This document shows positions 55,484-64,000 of a stretch of DNA of 64,000 nt, piece by piece. Origin of the DNA: a bacterium. GTDB taxonomy: Bacteria > Zhuqueibacterota > Zhuqueibacteria > Residuimicrobiales > Krinioviventaceae. Every line of letters begins with the position of its first letter. Within the stretch, counting starts at the first letter, position 1. The notes beneath the pieces were generated by a model. That model was not told the DNA's origin and made no database searches. It worked only from the letters and a program-made list of their open reading frames with translations. The DNA lies in NCBI GenBank assembly GCA_963693055.1, contig OY843751.1, positions 1,972,914 through 2,036,913 on the forward strand, written 5' to 3'. The position numbers and the translations under genes were made by a program.

Positions 55484-56215
55484 TTAAGACCAGATTGTTT
55501 TTGCTCTGCACAATTCGCTATTGTCACTTTTACGTTTCAGACTGTGCAGTATTTCTCCATTTCCATTGTAACTGTACATCGTGTTTATGGTATCGTTTTG
55601 TAATGCTTCATTAATAAAGTTAATTTCCAACTCTAAAAGTTGATGCTTTTTACAAAAGTCAGGATCCAGTGCATTTACTATATATTCAATATATTTTACA
55701 TTGTTAACATGTCCGTTCACATCCAAATCAGTAAAGGTTACAGGTTGTGAAAAAGTATGTTCAAGATTGTCCATAGGTGAGATTTTAGCCGCATAGTCAT
55801 CTAAAGCTTTTTCAGGATGAAGCGGCCTCTCTGCAAGATAAGTATCAATTCTTTGAGGACGTCTCGAGTCGAGGTTGATAACCAACCAGGTAGTTGTTGC
55901 TCTGCCAATGGTCTCGTTATCACTGTTTTCTATTTTAAAATCACGATAAAAGAACATTCTATCCATTCCGGAAGGCCATGTATGTACGGTTATGCTATCT
56001 CCCCATTTGGGATATTTTTGTAAAGAAATTCTTTGTCTTGCCAGCACCCAGGCGAGATTTTGCTTAACCAGGTGACTGAAACCCAACTCCAGATGTTCGG
56101 CATGGTTCCATGCTGTCTCTTGTAAATAATTACTAATTGCTGGAATTGTAGCATTGCTGTTTATATCAGCTTCATAAGAATGTATTTTAAATTCATTTTG
56201 CCATATCAACTTCAT
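55484..56215 (-). CDS. Acyl-ACP thioesterase
   Basis: IHSYEADINSNATIPAISNYLQETAWNHAE...LAWVLARQRISLQKYPKWGDSITVHTWPSG is FatA/B-type. The start is taken at M14, which avoids overlap with the upstream gene. Confidence 0.7.
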   Translation of the reverse strand: MKLIWQNEFKIHSYEADINSNATIPAISNYLQETAWNHAEHLELGFSHLVKQNLAWVLARQRISLQKYPKWGDSITVHTWPSGMDRMFFYRDFKIENSDNETIGRATTTWLVINLDSRRPQRIDTYLAERPLHPEKALDDYAAKISPMDNLEHTFSQPVTFTDLDVNGHVNNVKYIEYIVNALDPDFCKKHQLLELEINFINEALQNDTINTMYSYNGNGEILHSLKRKSDNSELCRAKTIWS

Positions 56216-56232
56216 ATGATTATCCTGTATTC

Positions 56233-58152
56233 TTAGTTTTCGTAGGGAATCCAAACTGTCATTTCACCAGCTCCGCGATGCGCCCATGAATAATAGGGGA
56301 TTGCTGTTAATAGTTGGTCTTTACCATCTTTGGTTTTCGCAGGACCTGATATTGTGTGAATACCTCTCAAAAGTTCAGGTCTTTCATTCGAGATAAAATG
56401 GGTATCCTTTGGAATAACGAGCTTTCTTGCCAGATTATTATTGTCTGCCCATTCTATACAATAGACCAGGGGACCGCGTTGCAGTGCTATTTTATTTTCA
56501 TTTTCTTTAACTTTGATGTTGCTCTTGATTTTTCTCACCGGCATTTGTAGATAAAGGCTTATATTATCACCTTTTTGCCAGGTTCTTGTAATAATTGCAT
56601 ATCCGTTTTCAACTGTATAATTGATAAAGCAATTATTAACCTTGATTTCTGGTGCAAGAATTCTCTTTTCTTTGAAATTGTACAAGTCTCCTGGTACGGG
56701 ACTGTTCATAGACCATCCGGGGATTCGAAATGCAATTGTAAACAGTTTGTTTTCATTCGGTTCAATTGTGTAATTAATAAATCCATTCCATGGATAATCT
56801 GATTCTTGTTTTACAGTAATTGAATTGTCTGGCAATTCCAGCTTTGCCGTGCTCGCAATAAATAGATTGCTGTAAATAGTGTCATTTCTAACGGCATACA
56901 TATAACCTGGCAGCGATGGCAAAAATCTTGCTACATTTACCGGACAGCAAGCACAATCAAACCATGGACTTCTTTTATGATATCCATCAGATTCCAAAGG
57001 GTTGGGGTAAAAGAATTCATTTCCATCTAATGAAACACCAGACAAAAATCCGTTATATAAAGTGCGTTCAAACACATCTATATATTTTGCATCGCCATGC
57101 AGTAAAAACATGCGATAGTTCCATAGCATATTGGCAATTGCTGCACATGTTTCGTTATATGCTGAAAGATTTGGGAGTTCATAATCTTCACCAAAGGATT
57201 CTCCACTATAACGTGAACCAATTCCGCCGGTGATATAAAGTTTGGTATATACAGTGTTTTGCCAGATTTTGTTCAATGCTTGAATATATTCAGGATCTCC
57301 GGTCAGTGCAGCTGCATCGGCCATGCCGGAATACATATATGCTGCTCGTACCGCGTGGCCTGTTGGACGGTCCTGTTCAATAACAGGGATATGGTCCTGG
57401 CAATATTCTCCATAAAGTTCATGGTTTTCGCTTTGCCCACGTTGATCAAGAAAGAATTTTGCAAGTTCCAGGTAATCATTATTGCCGGTTATTCTGTAAA
57501 GTTTAAACAGGCCTATTTCTATTTCCTGGTGACCCGGAACATCGTATCGTTTACCGGGGCCAAATACTGAATATATCAAATCTGCGTTTTTAATAGCAAC
57601 ATCAAGTAAAGTCTTTTTACCCGTTGCCTGATAATGAGCAACAGCGGCTTCGTACATATGGCCCACATTATAGAGCTCGTGACTATGAACAAGATATGAC
57701 CATCTAACGTCTCCGGCTTCTTTTGCAGGTTTATTCGGATTTATTGTTCGTGTGGTATAAAGATATCCATCATCTTCCTGGGCTGCTGCAATTTTGACAA
57801 TTAGATCATCAAGGTACTTGGCGAGTTCAGGATCAGGATGTAAAGCCAGCGAGTATGACGCACCTTCAATAACTTTGAAAACATCAGAATCATTAAATCG
57901 AATGCCTTCAAATTCACCGTCTAAAAGTTTACCTGCTTTGCTGAAATTATCAATTCTGCCGGTTTCCTCACATTTTTTAAAATCATAAGGGATAGTAACC
58001 GTACGATTGGTTTCCAGACGGGGATTCCAAAAGTTATCAGTCAATTGGACTCGGTAAAATTCCACAGGTTGAATTGGGTAATCAGATTTCAGAGAATGTG
58101 AACAGTTTAAGGATATTAGAAGCACTATTCCAAACCTGAATAATTTTAACAT
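56233..58152 (-). CDS. GH127 (DUF1680) beta-L-arabinofuranosidase-family glycosidase
   Basis: The N-terminal region FWNPRLETNRTVTIPYDFKKCEETGRIDNF and GIRFNDSDVFKVIEGASYSL is DUF1680-like. The start at M37 follows AGGAG and gives a signal peptide. Confidence 0.7.
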   Translation of the reverse strand: MLKLFRFGIVLLISLNCSHSLKSDYPIQPVEFYRVQLTDNFWNPRLETNRTVTIPYDFKKCEETGRIDNFSKAGKLLDGEFEGIRFNDSDVFKVIEGASYSLALHPDPELAKYLDDLIVKIAAAQEDDGYLYTTRTINPNKPAKEAGDVRWSYLVHSHELYNVGHMYEAAVAHYQATGKKTLLDVAIKNADLIYSVFGPGKRYDVPGHQEIEIGLFKLYRITGNNDYLELAKFFLDQRGQSENHELYGEYCQDHIPVIEQDRPTGHAVRAAYMYSGMADAAALTGDPEYIQALNKIWQNTVYTKLYITGGIGSRYSGESFGEDYELPNLSAYNETCAAIANMLWNYRMFLLHGDAKYIDVFERTLYNGFLSGVSLDGNEFFYPNPLESDGYHKRSPWFDCACCPVNVARFLPSLPGYMYAVRNDTIYSNLFIASTAKLELPDNSITVKQESDYPWNGFINYTIEPNENKLFTIAFRIPGWSMNSPVPGDLYNFKEKRILAPEIKVNNCFINYTVENGYAIITRTWQKGDNISLYLQMPVRKIKSNIKVKENENKIALQRGPLVYCIEWADNNNLARKLVIPKDTHFISNERPELLRGIHTISGPAKTKDGKDQLLTAIPYYSWAHRGAGEMTVWIPYEN

Positions 58153-58274
58153 AAGTTCTCCTGTCAATCTGTGGTTAAATATACAATATTGTGTGTCATT
58201 GCGCAAGATTTTATATTTGAATATAAAAACGAATGGCCCAATTGCTTTAGGGCCATTCATATTTATTATTGTTA

Positions 58275-58766
58275 TTATTTTTTTATGCCTGGTTCAGAGG
58301 CACCATAATTAACGATTTTGTTTTCACCATGAGCATTGTAAAACGTATTGCCTTCACTTACCCAGGCTTTAAAGCCGCCGTCAATATCTTTAATATTTTT
58401 ATATCCCAATTTTTCCAATGATTGCACTGAAAGACTGCTTCTGCCACCTGAACGACAATACAGAATCATTTCAGCATCCGGATCATCAGTCAAAGATGTA
58501 ACTCCCCACTCAATTTTTCCACGAGGTATCCATTTTGCACCTGCTAAATGACCGGCATCGTATTCAGCTTTGGTTCTGACATCAATCAGGTAAAATTTTT
58601 CATCACTTTTCATTTTTTTGCTCAGATCAGATGGAGAAATATGCGAAATTGATGATTTTGTTTCTTTTACCAGTTCGTCAAGTTCCTCTTTTGGTGATGC
58701 AAAAACAAAGTTACTCAGATAAAGAAAGAAAAATATTGTTATTGTCAATGTGGATAGCTTTTTCAT
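58275..58766 (-). CDS. Periplasmic rhodanese-domain sulfurtransferase
   Basis: It has a signal peptide and the rhodanese active-site loop LYCRSGGRS. Confidence 0.75.
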   Translation of the reverse strand: MKKLSTLTITIFFFLYLSNFVFASPKEELDELVKETKSSISHISPSDLSKKMKSDEKFYLIDVRTKAEYDAGHLAGAKWIPRGKIEWGVTSLTDDPDAEMILYCRSGGRSSLSVQSLEKLGYKNIKDIDGGFKAWVSEGNTFYNAHGENKIVNYGASEPGIKK

Positions 58767-58791
58767 TATAAAAACTCCATTTGTGAATTAT

Positions 58792-59316
58792 TTACTGATT
58801 TATCATTTTCCACATCCATTGTGCTGCAACAAGTGCAGGTGATAAAAGCAGGCATCCTGTTGCTGCAACTATACTGATATGGGTAATACTGTATATGTTT
58901 GAATGTAATAGTTCATAATAATAATATAAACTTGTCAAGAGCACTAAAAGATTGACTAAAACAATACGAATTGATTGTTTATTTAAATTTATTAGTTGAA
59001 TTAGATGAGCAATGGTGTGAAATGTAAAAACACCTGTCATGGCAATAAACAAGTTTAATAATATTGTATTGTTCGGATTTCGGATGGAAAAAAAAGAAAT
59101 CGAAGAGAAAATAATAAACTCTGTAATAATTGCAAACTTGAATTCACCAAGGGATATATCAAAAGATTGCAAAAGTATTTGTTTTAGCTGGTTATTATTT
59201 GCAATTTCAGGGATTTTGTGCTTGTTGTTATCCAGCCATAAGCGTATTTCAAGCATCTCTTCTACATCATGTAATATGAAAAGAAAGGGGAGTATACTGG
59301 TAATAATTTTAAGCAT
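58792..59316 (-). CDS. HXXEE-domain membrane protein
   Basis: The N-terminal FILHDVEEMLE contains the HxxEE motif. The protein has multiple TM segments. Confidence 0.6.
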   Translation of the reverse strand: MLKIITSILPFLFILHDVEEMLEIRLWLDNNKHKIPEIANNNQLKQILLQSFDISLGEFKFAIITEFIIFSSISFFSIRNPNNTILLNLFIAMTGVFTFHTIAHLIQLINLNKQSIRIVLVNLLVLLTSLYYYYELLHSNIYSITHISIVAATGCLLLSPALVAAQWMWKMINQ

Positions 59317-59321
59317 AATGA

Positions 59322-60059
59322 TTATTTTATTAAATTGAATAATTGAGTTAAAATTTCTGTTGCTTTGCCTTTTAAAAATATATCTGTTATTGTATTTGTA
59401 AATGCAGAAGGTTCTGCGTTTATTTCAATTATTGTGCTTCCTTTATCTTTCGCTTGGTAAGGAATATAACAAGCCGGCATTACTTCTCCTGTTGTTCCAA
59501 TTACCAATACCACATCTGCAAGTTCTGCCTGAATAAAGGATTCATCATTAACGTGCGAAGGAATCATTTCACCAAAGAAAATAAAGTCTGGCTTTAATAG
59601 ACCACCGCAGACAGGGCAAGCGGGGGGGAGTAGATCCAGACTAACATCAGGCTGTCTTGATTTTTTCAGGCAGTTTTGACATTCAAAGCGTTTTGTTGTT
59701 CCGTGAAATTCAAGAACGTTTTTACTGCCGGCATCCTGATGAAGGTTGTCAATATTTTGAGTGATTATGGATTTTATAATTCCTTTTTTTTCAAGTTCAG
59801 CTAGTTTGATATGAGCTGCATTGGGCTTTGCGTTGCCCATAAATTCGTAAAATATAGTATATATTTTTTCCCATGATTCTTTGGGGTGCGTATTAAAAAA
59901 GTCGAGTTCCAGGCAAGTAGGGTCATACTTTGACCATAATCCATCCGGACCTCTAAAAGGAGGTATCCCACTTTCTACTGAAATTCCTGCTCCTGTAAAA
60001 ACAATGCAATGTTTGGATGCTGTAATGAACTTTGCTGCTTTTTGAATATCGTTCTGCAT
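59322..60059 (-). CDS. cobB: NAD-dependent protein deacylase (Sir2/CobB family)
   Basis: Motifs include FTGAGISVESGIPPFRG, TQNIDNLH, the Zn ribbon CQNC...CPVCGG, and VIGTTGEV. The start is taken at M41 of the track ORF. Confidence 0.8.
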   Translation of the reverse strand: MQNDIQKAAKFITASKHCIVFTGAGISVESGIPPFRGPDGLWSKYDPTCLELDFFNTHPKESWEKIYTIFYEFMGNAKPNAAHIKLAELEKKGIIKSIITQNIDNLHQDAGSKNVLEFHGTTKRFECQNCLKKSRQPDVSLDLLPPACPVCGGLLKPDFIFFGEMIPSHVNDESFIQAELADVVLVIGTTGEVMPACYIPYQAKDKGSTIIEINAEPSAFTNTITDIFLKGKATEILTQLFNLIK

Positions 60060-60318
60060 TATTGATCTTTCATTTGTATCAAAGAATTTACAAATAATCT
60101 GCCAACAATACAAAAAGTATATTTCTAATAAAAATAGCTCCCAAATGATGGATTGGGAGCTATAGGAGGAGGATTGCAAGGAAAATAAACATCAATTGTT
60201 TTACATTAATTGCTGTTTTGAATTAGTAACAGTATAATAGACTCATATCTTCCCGGTTTTTTTAGGATTTTTCCTGGAATAAATTTTCTTGAATACGTAT
60301 TGTTAATTAATAAAGTAG

Positions 60319-61179
60319 ATGTGTTTTATGATTATAATAAAGTTCCCACTATGGGGAGTATTGGGTTTTGTTTTAATGATTACCGGTTGGGCTTTTAACT
60401 GGTTTTTACCTGGAATGCGCTCACATCTCTTTTTTTTCCCCCTTTGGCTTGGATATTGTTTGGTAATTGATGCCTGGGTTTTTGTTCGCAAGGGTACATC
60501 GCTTTATTTTAGATCTGTACCACATTATATATGTTTATTTCTTATTTCTGCTCCGGTATGGTGGCTCTTTGAGTTGATCAACTGGAGAATGCAAAACTGG
60601 TTTTACCTGGGGCGTGAATCATTTACGGATTTACAATATTTTATTTTTGCCAGTATCAATTTTTCAACAGTAATTCCAGCGGTCTTTGGAACTGCTGAAC
60701 TTGTAGGCTCGTTTCGATGGGTGAAAACTTTAAAACAAGGGCCTGCGATTCAATCCACGTTACGTTTAACTGTTTCATTATTATTGGCTGGTATGTCTGG
60801 CTTTCTTTTGTTAATGCTTTGGCCGCGTTATTTCTATCCCTTTGCCTGGGTTTCTTTGTATTTGGTTTTTGAATCTTTAAATGTATGGATGGGAAGACGT
60901 TCCTTATTGTATTATTTAAAAACGGGAGACTGGAGACCGGTCATCTCTTTAGCTCTTGGATGTTTGATTACCGGTTTCTTTTGGGAGTTTTGGAATTATT
61001 ATTCTTATCCCAAATGGATTTATCATGTGCCCTTTGTTGATTTTTTGCATGTTTTTGAGATGCCAATTCTTGGATTTTTGGGATACATTCCTTTTTCATT
61101 CGAATTGTTTGTAATCTATCATTTTATTGAAAGCATTTTTAACCGTTTTACAAACAAATCTTTTATAAATATTGTTTAA
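60319..61179 (+). CDS. Polytopic membrane protein of unknown function
   Basis: A 286-aa ORF with about 8 hydrophobic segments. No family was recognised. Confidence 0.5.
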   Translation: MCFMIIIKFPLWGVLGFVLMITGWAFNWFLPGMRSHLFFFPLWLGYCLVIDAWVFVRKGTSLYFRSVPHYICLFLISAPVWWLFELINWRMQNWFYLGRESFTDLQYFIFASINFSTVIPAVFGTAELVGSFRWVKTLKQGPAIQSTLRLTVSLLLAGMSGFLLLMLWPRYFYPFAWVSLYLVFESLNVWMGRRSLLYYLKTGDWRPVISLALGCLITGFFWEFWNYYSYPKWIYHVPFVDFLHVFEMPILGFLGYIPFSFELFVIYHFIESIFNRFTNKSFINIV

Positions 61180-61272
61180 GAAGAATAATCTTTTTAAATT
61201 TGTTTCTAGTTGAACTTTTTTTTTGCAATCTTCCCAGTATCCTGAAACTAGATTCTATTATTAAGAGGTTTT

Positions 61273-61932
61273 ATGAGCATCATCAATGATATGACAAATG
61301 ATCCAATTAAGCAGGAGATTATGGAACAGCGTGTATATGAAATGTTAATTAATATGCAGCAACGTCGTTCTGTAAGAAAATTTTCCTCAACGCCAGTACC
61401 TGTGAATATTATAAAAAATTGCATTAGGGTTGCTGCATCTGCTCCCAGTGGGGCCAATCAACAACCCTGGCATTTTGTAGTTGTTACGGATCCTTTAATA
61501 AAGAAACAGATACGAACAGAAGCAGAAAAAATTGAATATGATTTTTATACCCGGACTGCTCCGCAATCATGGTTAGATGCCCTGAAACCCTTTGGAACCA
61601 ATTTTGAAAAGCCCTTTCTTGAGGAAGCCCCTTTTTTAATTATATTATTTATGAAAAAATATGACTTGAAATCTGATGGAACCATTGTTAGACATTATTA
61701 CCCTTTAGAATCTGCAAGTATATCTTTGGGTATGCTTTTAACAGCCATTCATACCGCCGGCCTTTCATCACTCGTTTATACACCCGCCAAAATGGGATTC
61801 CTGAAATCCCTTCTTAATCGTCCTGAAAACGAAAAAGCATTATCTATTGTTGTTGCAGGATTTCCGAATCCTGATTTTGATCAACCATTAATATCAAAAA
61901 AACCATTGAATGAATTTGTAACTTTAATTTAA
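61273..61932 (+). CDS. Nitroreductase-superfamily flavoprotein, iodotyrosine-deiodinase (IYD)-like
   Basis: RRSVRKFSSTPVP...ASAPSGANQQPWHFVVV, then EAEKIEYDFYTR...W...L...TNFEKPFLEEAPFLIILF, follows the IYD subgroup pattern. Confidence 0.55.
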   Translation: MSIINDMTNDPIKQEIMEQRVYEMLINMQQRRSVRKFSSTPVPVNIIKNCIRVAASAPSGANQQPWHFVVVTDPLIKKQIRTEAEKIEYDFYTRTAPQSWLDALKPFGTNFEKPFLEEAPFLIILFMKKYDLKSDGTIVRHYYPLESASISLGMLLTAIHTAGLSSLVYTPAKMGFLKSLLNRPENEKALSIVVAGFPNPDFDQPLISKKPLNEFVTLI

Positions 61933-62090
61933 AGTGTTATTTAATATTTTGGAATGGTTTATGCTTATGTTTTTTTACTTGTTTAGGAGATTTTATAATT
62001 CTGCTAGAAAACAAAATAAATAATAATCTTGATCTGCCAATTGTCCATACTAGTGCAGAAAATAGACGTAAAATTATACACAGTAATTTG

Positions 62091-64000
62091 ATGATGGGCA
62101 AGTTACTTGGTCTTGAAGTCATTCCATTAAACCTGTATTATCAGGACTGGATATTTAAGGACGATGTACATAAAATTTCCAGTTGTATCAATAACCTTAC
62201 TTTAGATCACAATGAATTTGAGATTGATTATCGTATTATAGCTCATGATGGGAAAATTATACATGTTGTTGAAAAGGGTAATTGTATTTTTACTGATGAC
62301 AATAAACCCGATCATATACAATCTGTTATTCTAGATATCTCTTTTGTTAATAATGATAATTCAGATTTTTATAGCCCCCTTGAATTAAATAGAAAATTAT
62401 TATCTCAGGTACTTGAAAGTACTACAATTCCAAAATTTATTATAGATACCAATCACCGGGTATTTTATTGGAATCAACCGTGTGAAAGACTTACAGGTGT
62501 TTCTGCAAATGATATGCTGGGTACCAAAGGCCATTGGAGTCTTTTTTATGGCAAGCATCGACCAGTTTTAATTGATTTAATGTTAAAAAAAGATCCCAGT
62601 AAAGATATTAAAGAGTGGTATGGGGACAAAATAAAACCTTCTTCATTGATGCAGGACGCTTATGAAGGTGAAGATTTTTTCCCAAGATTAGGCGAAAATG
62701 GGTTATGGCTTCATTTTGTTGCAATGCCTATCAAAGATGAACAAGGTAATATTGTTGGTGCTTTTGAAACTATTCAAGATATGACCGAACACTATAATAA
62801 TTTGAACCAGATCAAATTGAGTGAAGAACGTTTTAGATATCTCTTTGAAAATGCAAATGATATAATATATACACATGATTTGTCAGGTCTACTAACATCG
62901 GTTAACCCGCTGGGCGTTGAACTGTTTGGATATAGTTATGATGAGATAATTGGCATGCCTATATCTCAACTAGTAGATGCCTCTTATTTAACTGAAGCGA
63001 GACAAATGCTGCAGCGAAAAGTAGACGGAGAAATGACAACAGGGCCATATGAATTATTGACTGTTAGTAAAAGTGGTGAAGCAATTTGGTTGGAAGTTAA
63101 CTCTCGTTTGCTTAAACAGGATGGACTGCCAAAGGAAATTCAAGGTATTGCAAGAAATATTACAGATAGAAAAAAAAGCGAAATGCTTTTGCATGTATTA
63201 AACCGCGCTTCACATGCAATGATGAAGCAATTAAGCAAAAAAGATATTTTTGATCATCTTACAACATTGTTGTTAGAGATGGGTTATAATACAATGTTGT
63301 TTAAATGTGATGATGAAGGGAAAAATGCATTTCTTGATTATTATGGTTTTGAAGATAATCGCTTAGTAATGGTTGAATCATTATTAAAAATTGACGCAAA
63401 AAAGTTTCGTCTGTCAATTAATGATGTTTCCATGCTTAACAAAGTTTATTATAATCGAAAAAGTTTATTTTGTGACAATGTATCGGCCATGTTGAAACAA
63501 ATGTTACCCAAGAAAATGCATTTATTTATTCCTCAGCTAATAAAATTGATGAAAGTTAACCAGTTTATTGCTGCCCCTGTTATTGTAAATAATGCTGTTG
63601 TAGGTGTTTTTTGTGTGTTAAGTAACGAGTTGTTTAAACAAGATGTGCCGGCAATTTCTGCTTTTGCAAATCAAATGGCCACTGCACTGAATAATGCAAG
63701 TTTGTATGAAAAAATTCAACAAGAGTTAAATGACAGAATAAAAGCTGAAAAGATTATAGAAGAATCATTAACAGAAAAAGAAGTATTATTAAAAGAAATC
63801 CATCATCGGGTTAAAAATAATTTACAAATTATACTCAGTCTTTTAAATCTGCAATCCCGAAAATTAACGGACAAGCAATCTCTTGAATCATTTCAGGTTG
63901 CAAAAAACAGAGTACATTCTCTTGCACTGGTGCATGAACGTTTATATCAAAGCCAGGATTTTGTTAATATTGATTTCCGGGAGTATATTATTTCTGTTGT
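62091..64000 (+). CDS. PAS-PAS-PAS-GAF sensor histidine kinase (HisKA_2 type), 3'-truncated by the window edge
   Basis: The frame stays open from about 61850 to 64000. It is not in the ORF track because no stop is reached. PAS-like blocks are present (e.g. FIIDTNHRVFYWNQPCERLTGVSANDMLG), followed by the phosphoacceptor box EIHHRVKNNLQIILSLLNLQ. The first in-frame ATG is at 62091, so the true start is uncertain. Confidence 0.7.
   Translation, partial: MMGKLLGLEVIPLNLYYQDWIFKDDVHKISSCINNLTLDHNEFEIDYRIIAHDGKIIHVVEKGNCIFTDDNKPDHIQSVILDISFVNNDNSDFYSPLELNRKLLSQVLESTTIPKFIIDTNHRVFYWNQPCERLTGVSANDMLGTKGHWSLFYGKHRPVLIDLMLKKDPSKDIKEWYGDKIKPSSLMQDAYEGEDFFPRLGENGLWLHFVAMPIKDEQGNIVGAFETIQDMTEHYNNLNQIKLSEERFRYLFENANDIIYTHDLSGLLTSVNPLGVELFGYSYDEIIGMPISQLVDASYLTEARQMLQRKVDGEMTTGPYELLTVSKSGEAIWLEVNSRLLKQDGLPKEIQGIARNITDRKKSEMLLHVLNRASHAMMKQLSKKDIFDHLTTLLLEMGYNTMLFKCDDEGKNAFLDYYGFEDNRLVMVESLLKIDAKKFRLSINDVSMLNKVYYNRKSLFCDNVSAMLKQMLPKKMHLFIPQLIKLMKVNQFIAAPVIVNNAVVGVFCVLSNELFKQDVPAISAFANQMATALNNASLYEKIQQELNDRIKAEKIIEESLTEKEVLLKEIHHRVKNNLQIILSLLNLQSRKLTDKQSLESFQVAKNRVHSLALVHERLYQSQDFVNIDFREYIISV

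Noticed and set aside
59322-60059. A Sir2-domain protein as part of an anti-phage system (Thoeris, DSR or SIR2-HerA type).
   Set aside because: It is a short canonical sirtuin with a Zn ribbon (CxxC...CxxC) and CobB-like motifs. It has no fused or adjacent effector, sensor or HerA partner. Its neighbours are housekeeping-like (rhodanese and an HXXEE membrane protein).

Overview
This 64-kb window appears to come from an uncultured bacterium of the FCB-superphylum type. At least five secreted proteins end in the T9SS-type C-terminal sorting motif (YPNPFNP...), and the gene content looks anaerobe-like. There are no rRNA or tRNA genes and no CRISPR array. By eye (GC not computed), the backbone is moderately AT-rich and is interrupted by clearly more AT-rich islands at about 640-2700, 15100-18850 and 41100-43300.

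Main content:
- A glycan-degradation backbone: BNR_4-like, GH36-like, sialidase-like, GH95-like, GH29, GH172/DUF2961 and GH127/DUF1680 genes.
- An intact IS1182-family insertion sequence.
- A cobalamin riboswitch controlling a TonB-dependent receptor and a beta-propeller surface protein.
- A tightly coupled operon of a small peptide, an AlkP-TPR protein and a sulfotransferase.
- Two tandem paralog pairs.
- A split MetH-like methyltransferase cluster next to a TetR regulator.
- An aldo/keto reductase interrupted by a single in-frame TAG.
- A partial PAS/GAF histidine kinase at the 3' edge.

The most striking feature is an operon at 31223-36404 on the minus strand. It encodes a roughly 1217-aa c-type cytochrome with 49 CxxCH motifs by manual count. 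The protein is built almost entirely from concatenated trihaem modules, including about 10 near-identical 216-bp tandem repeats. Its stop codon overlaps the start codon of an outer-membrane beta-barrel gene, which suggests a candidate porin-cytochrome electron conduit of unusual scale.

All family calls rest on motif recognition by eye. ORF coordinates come from the supplied track. Coordinates of non-ORF elements are good to about +/-3 nt.
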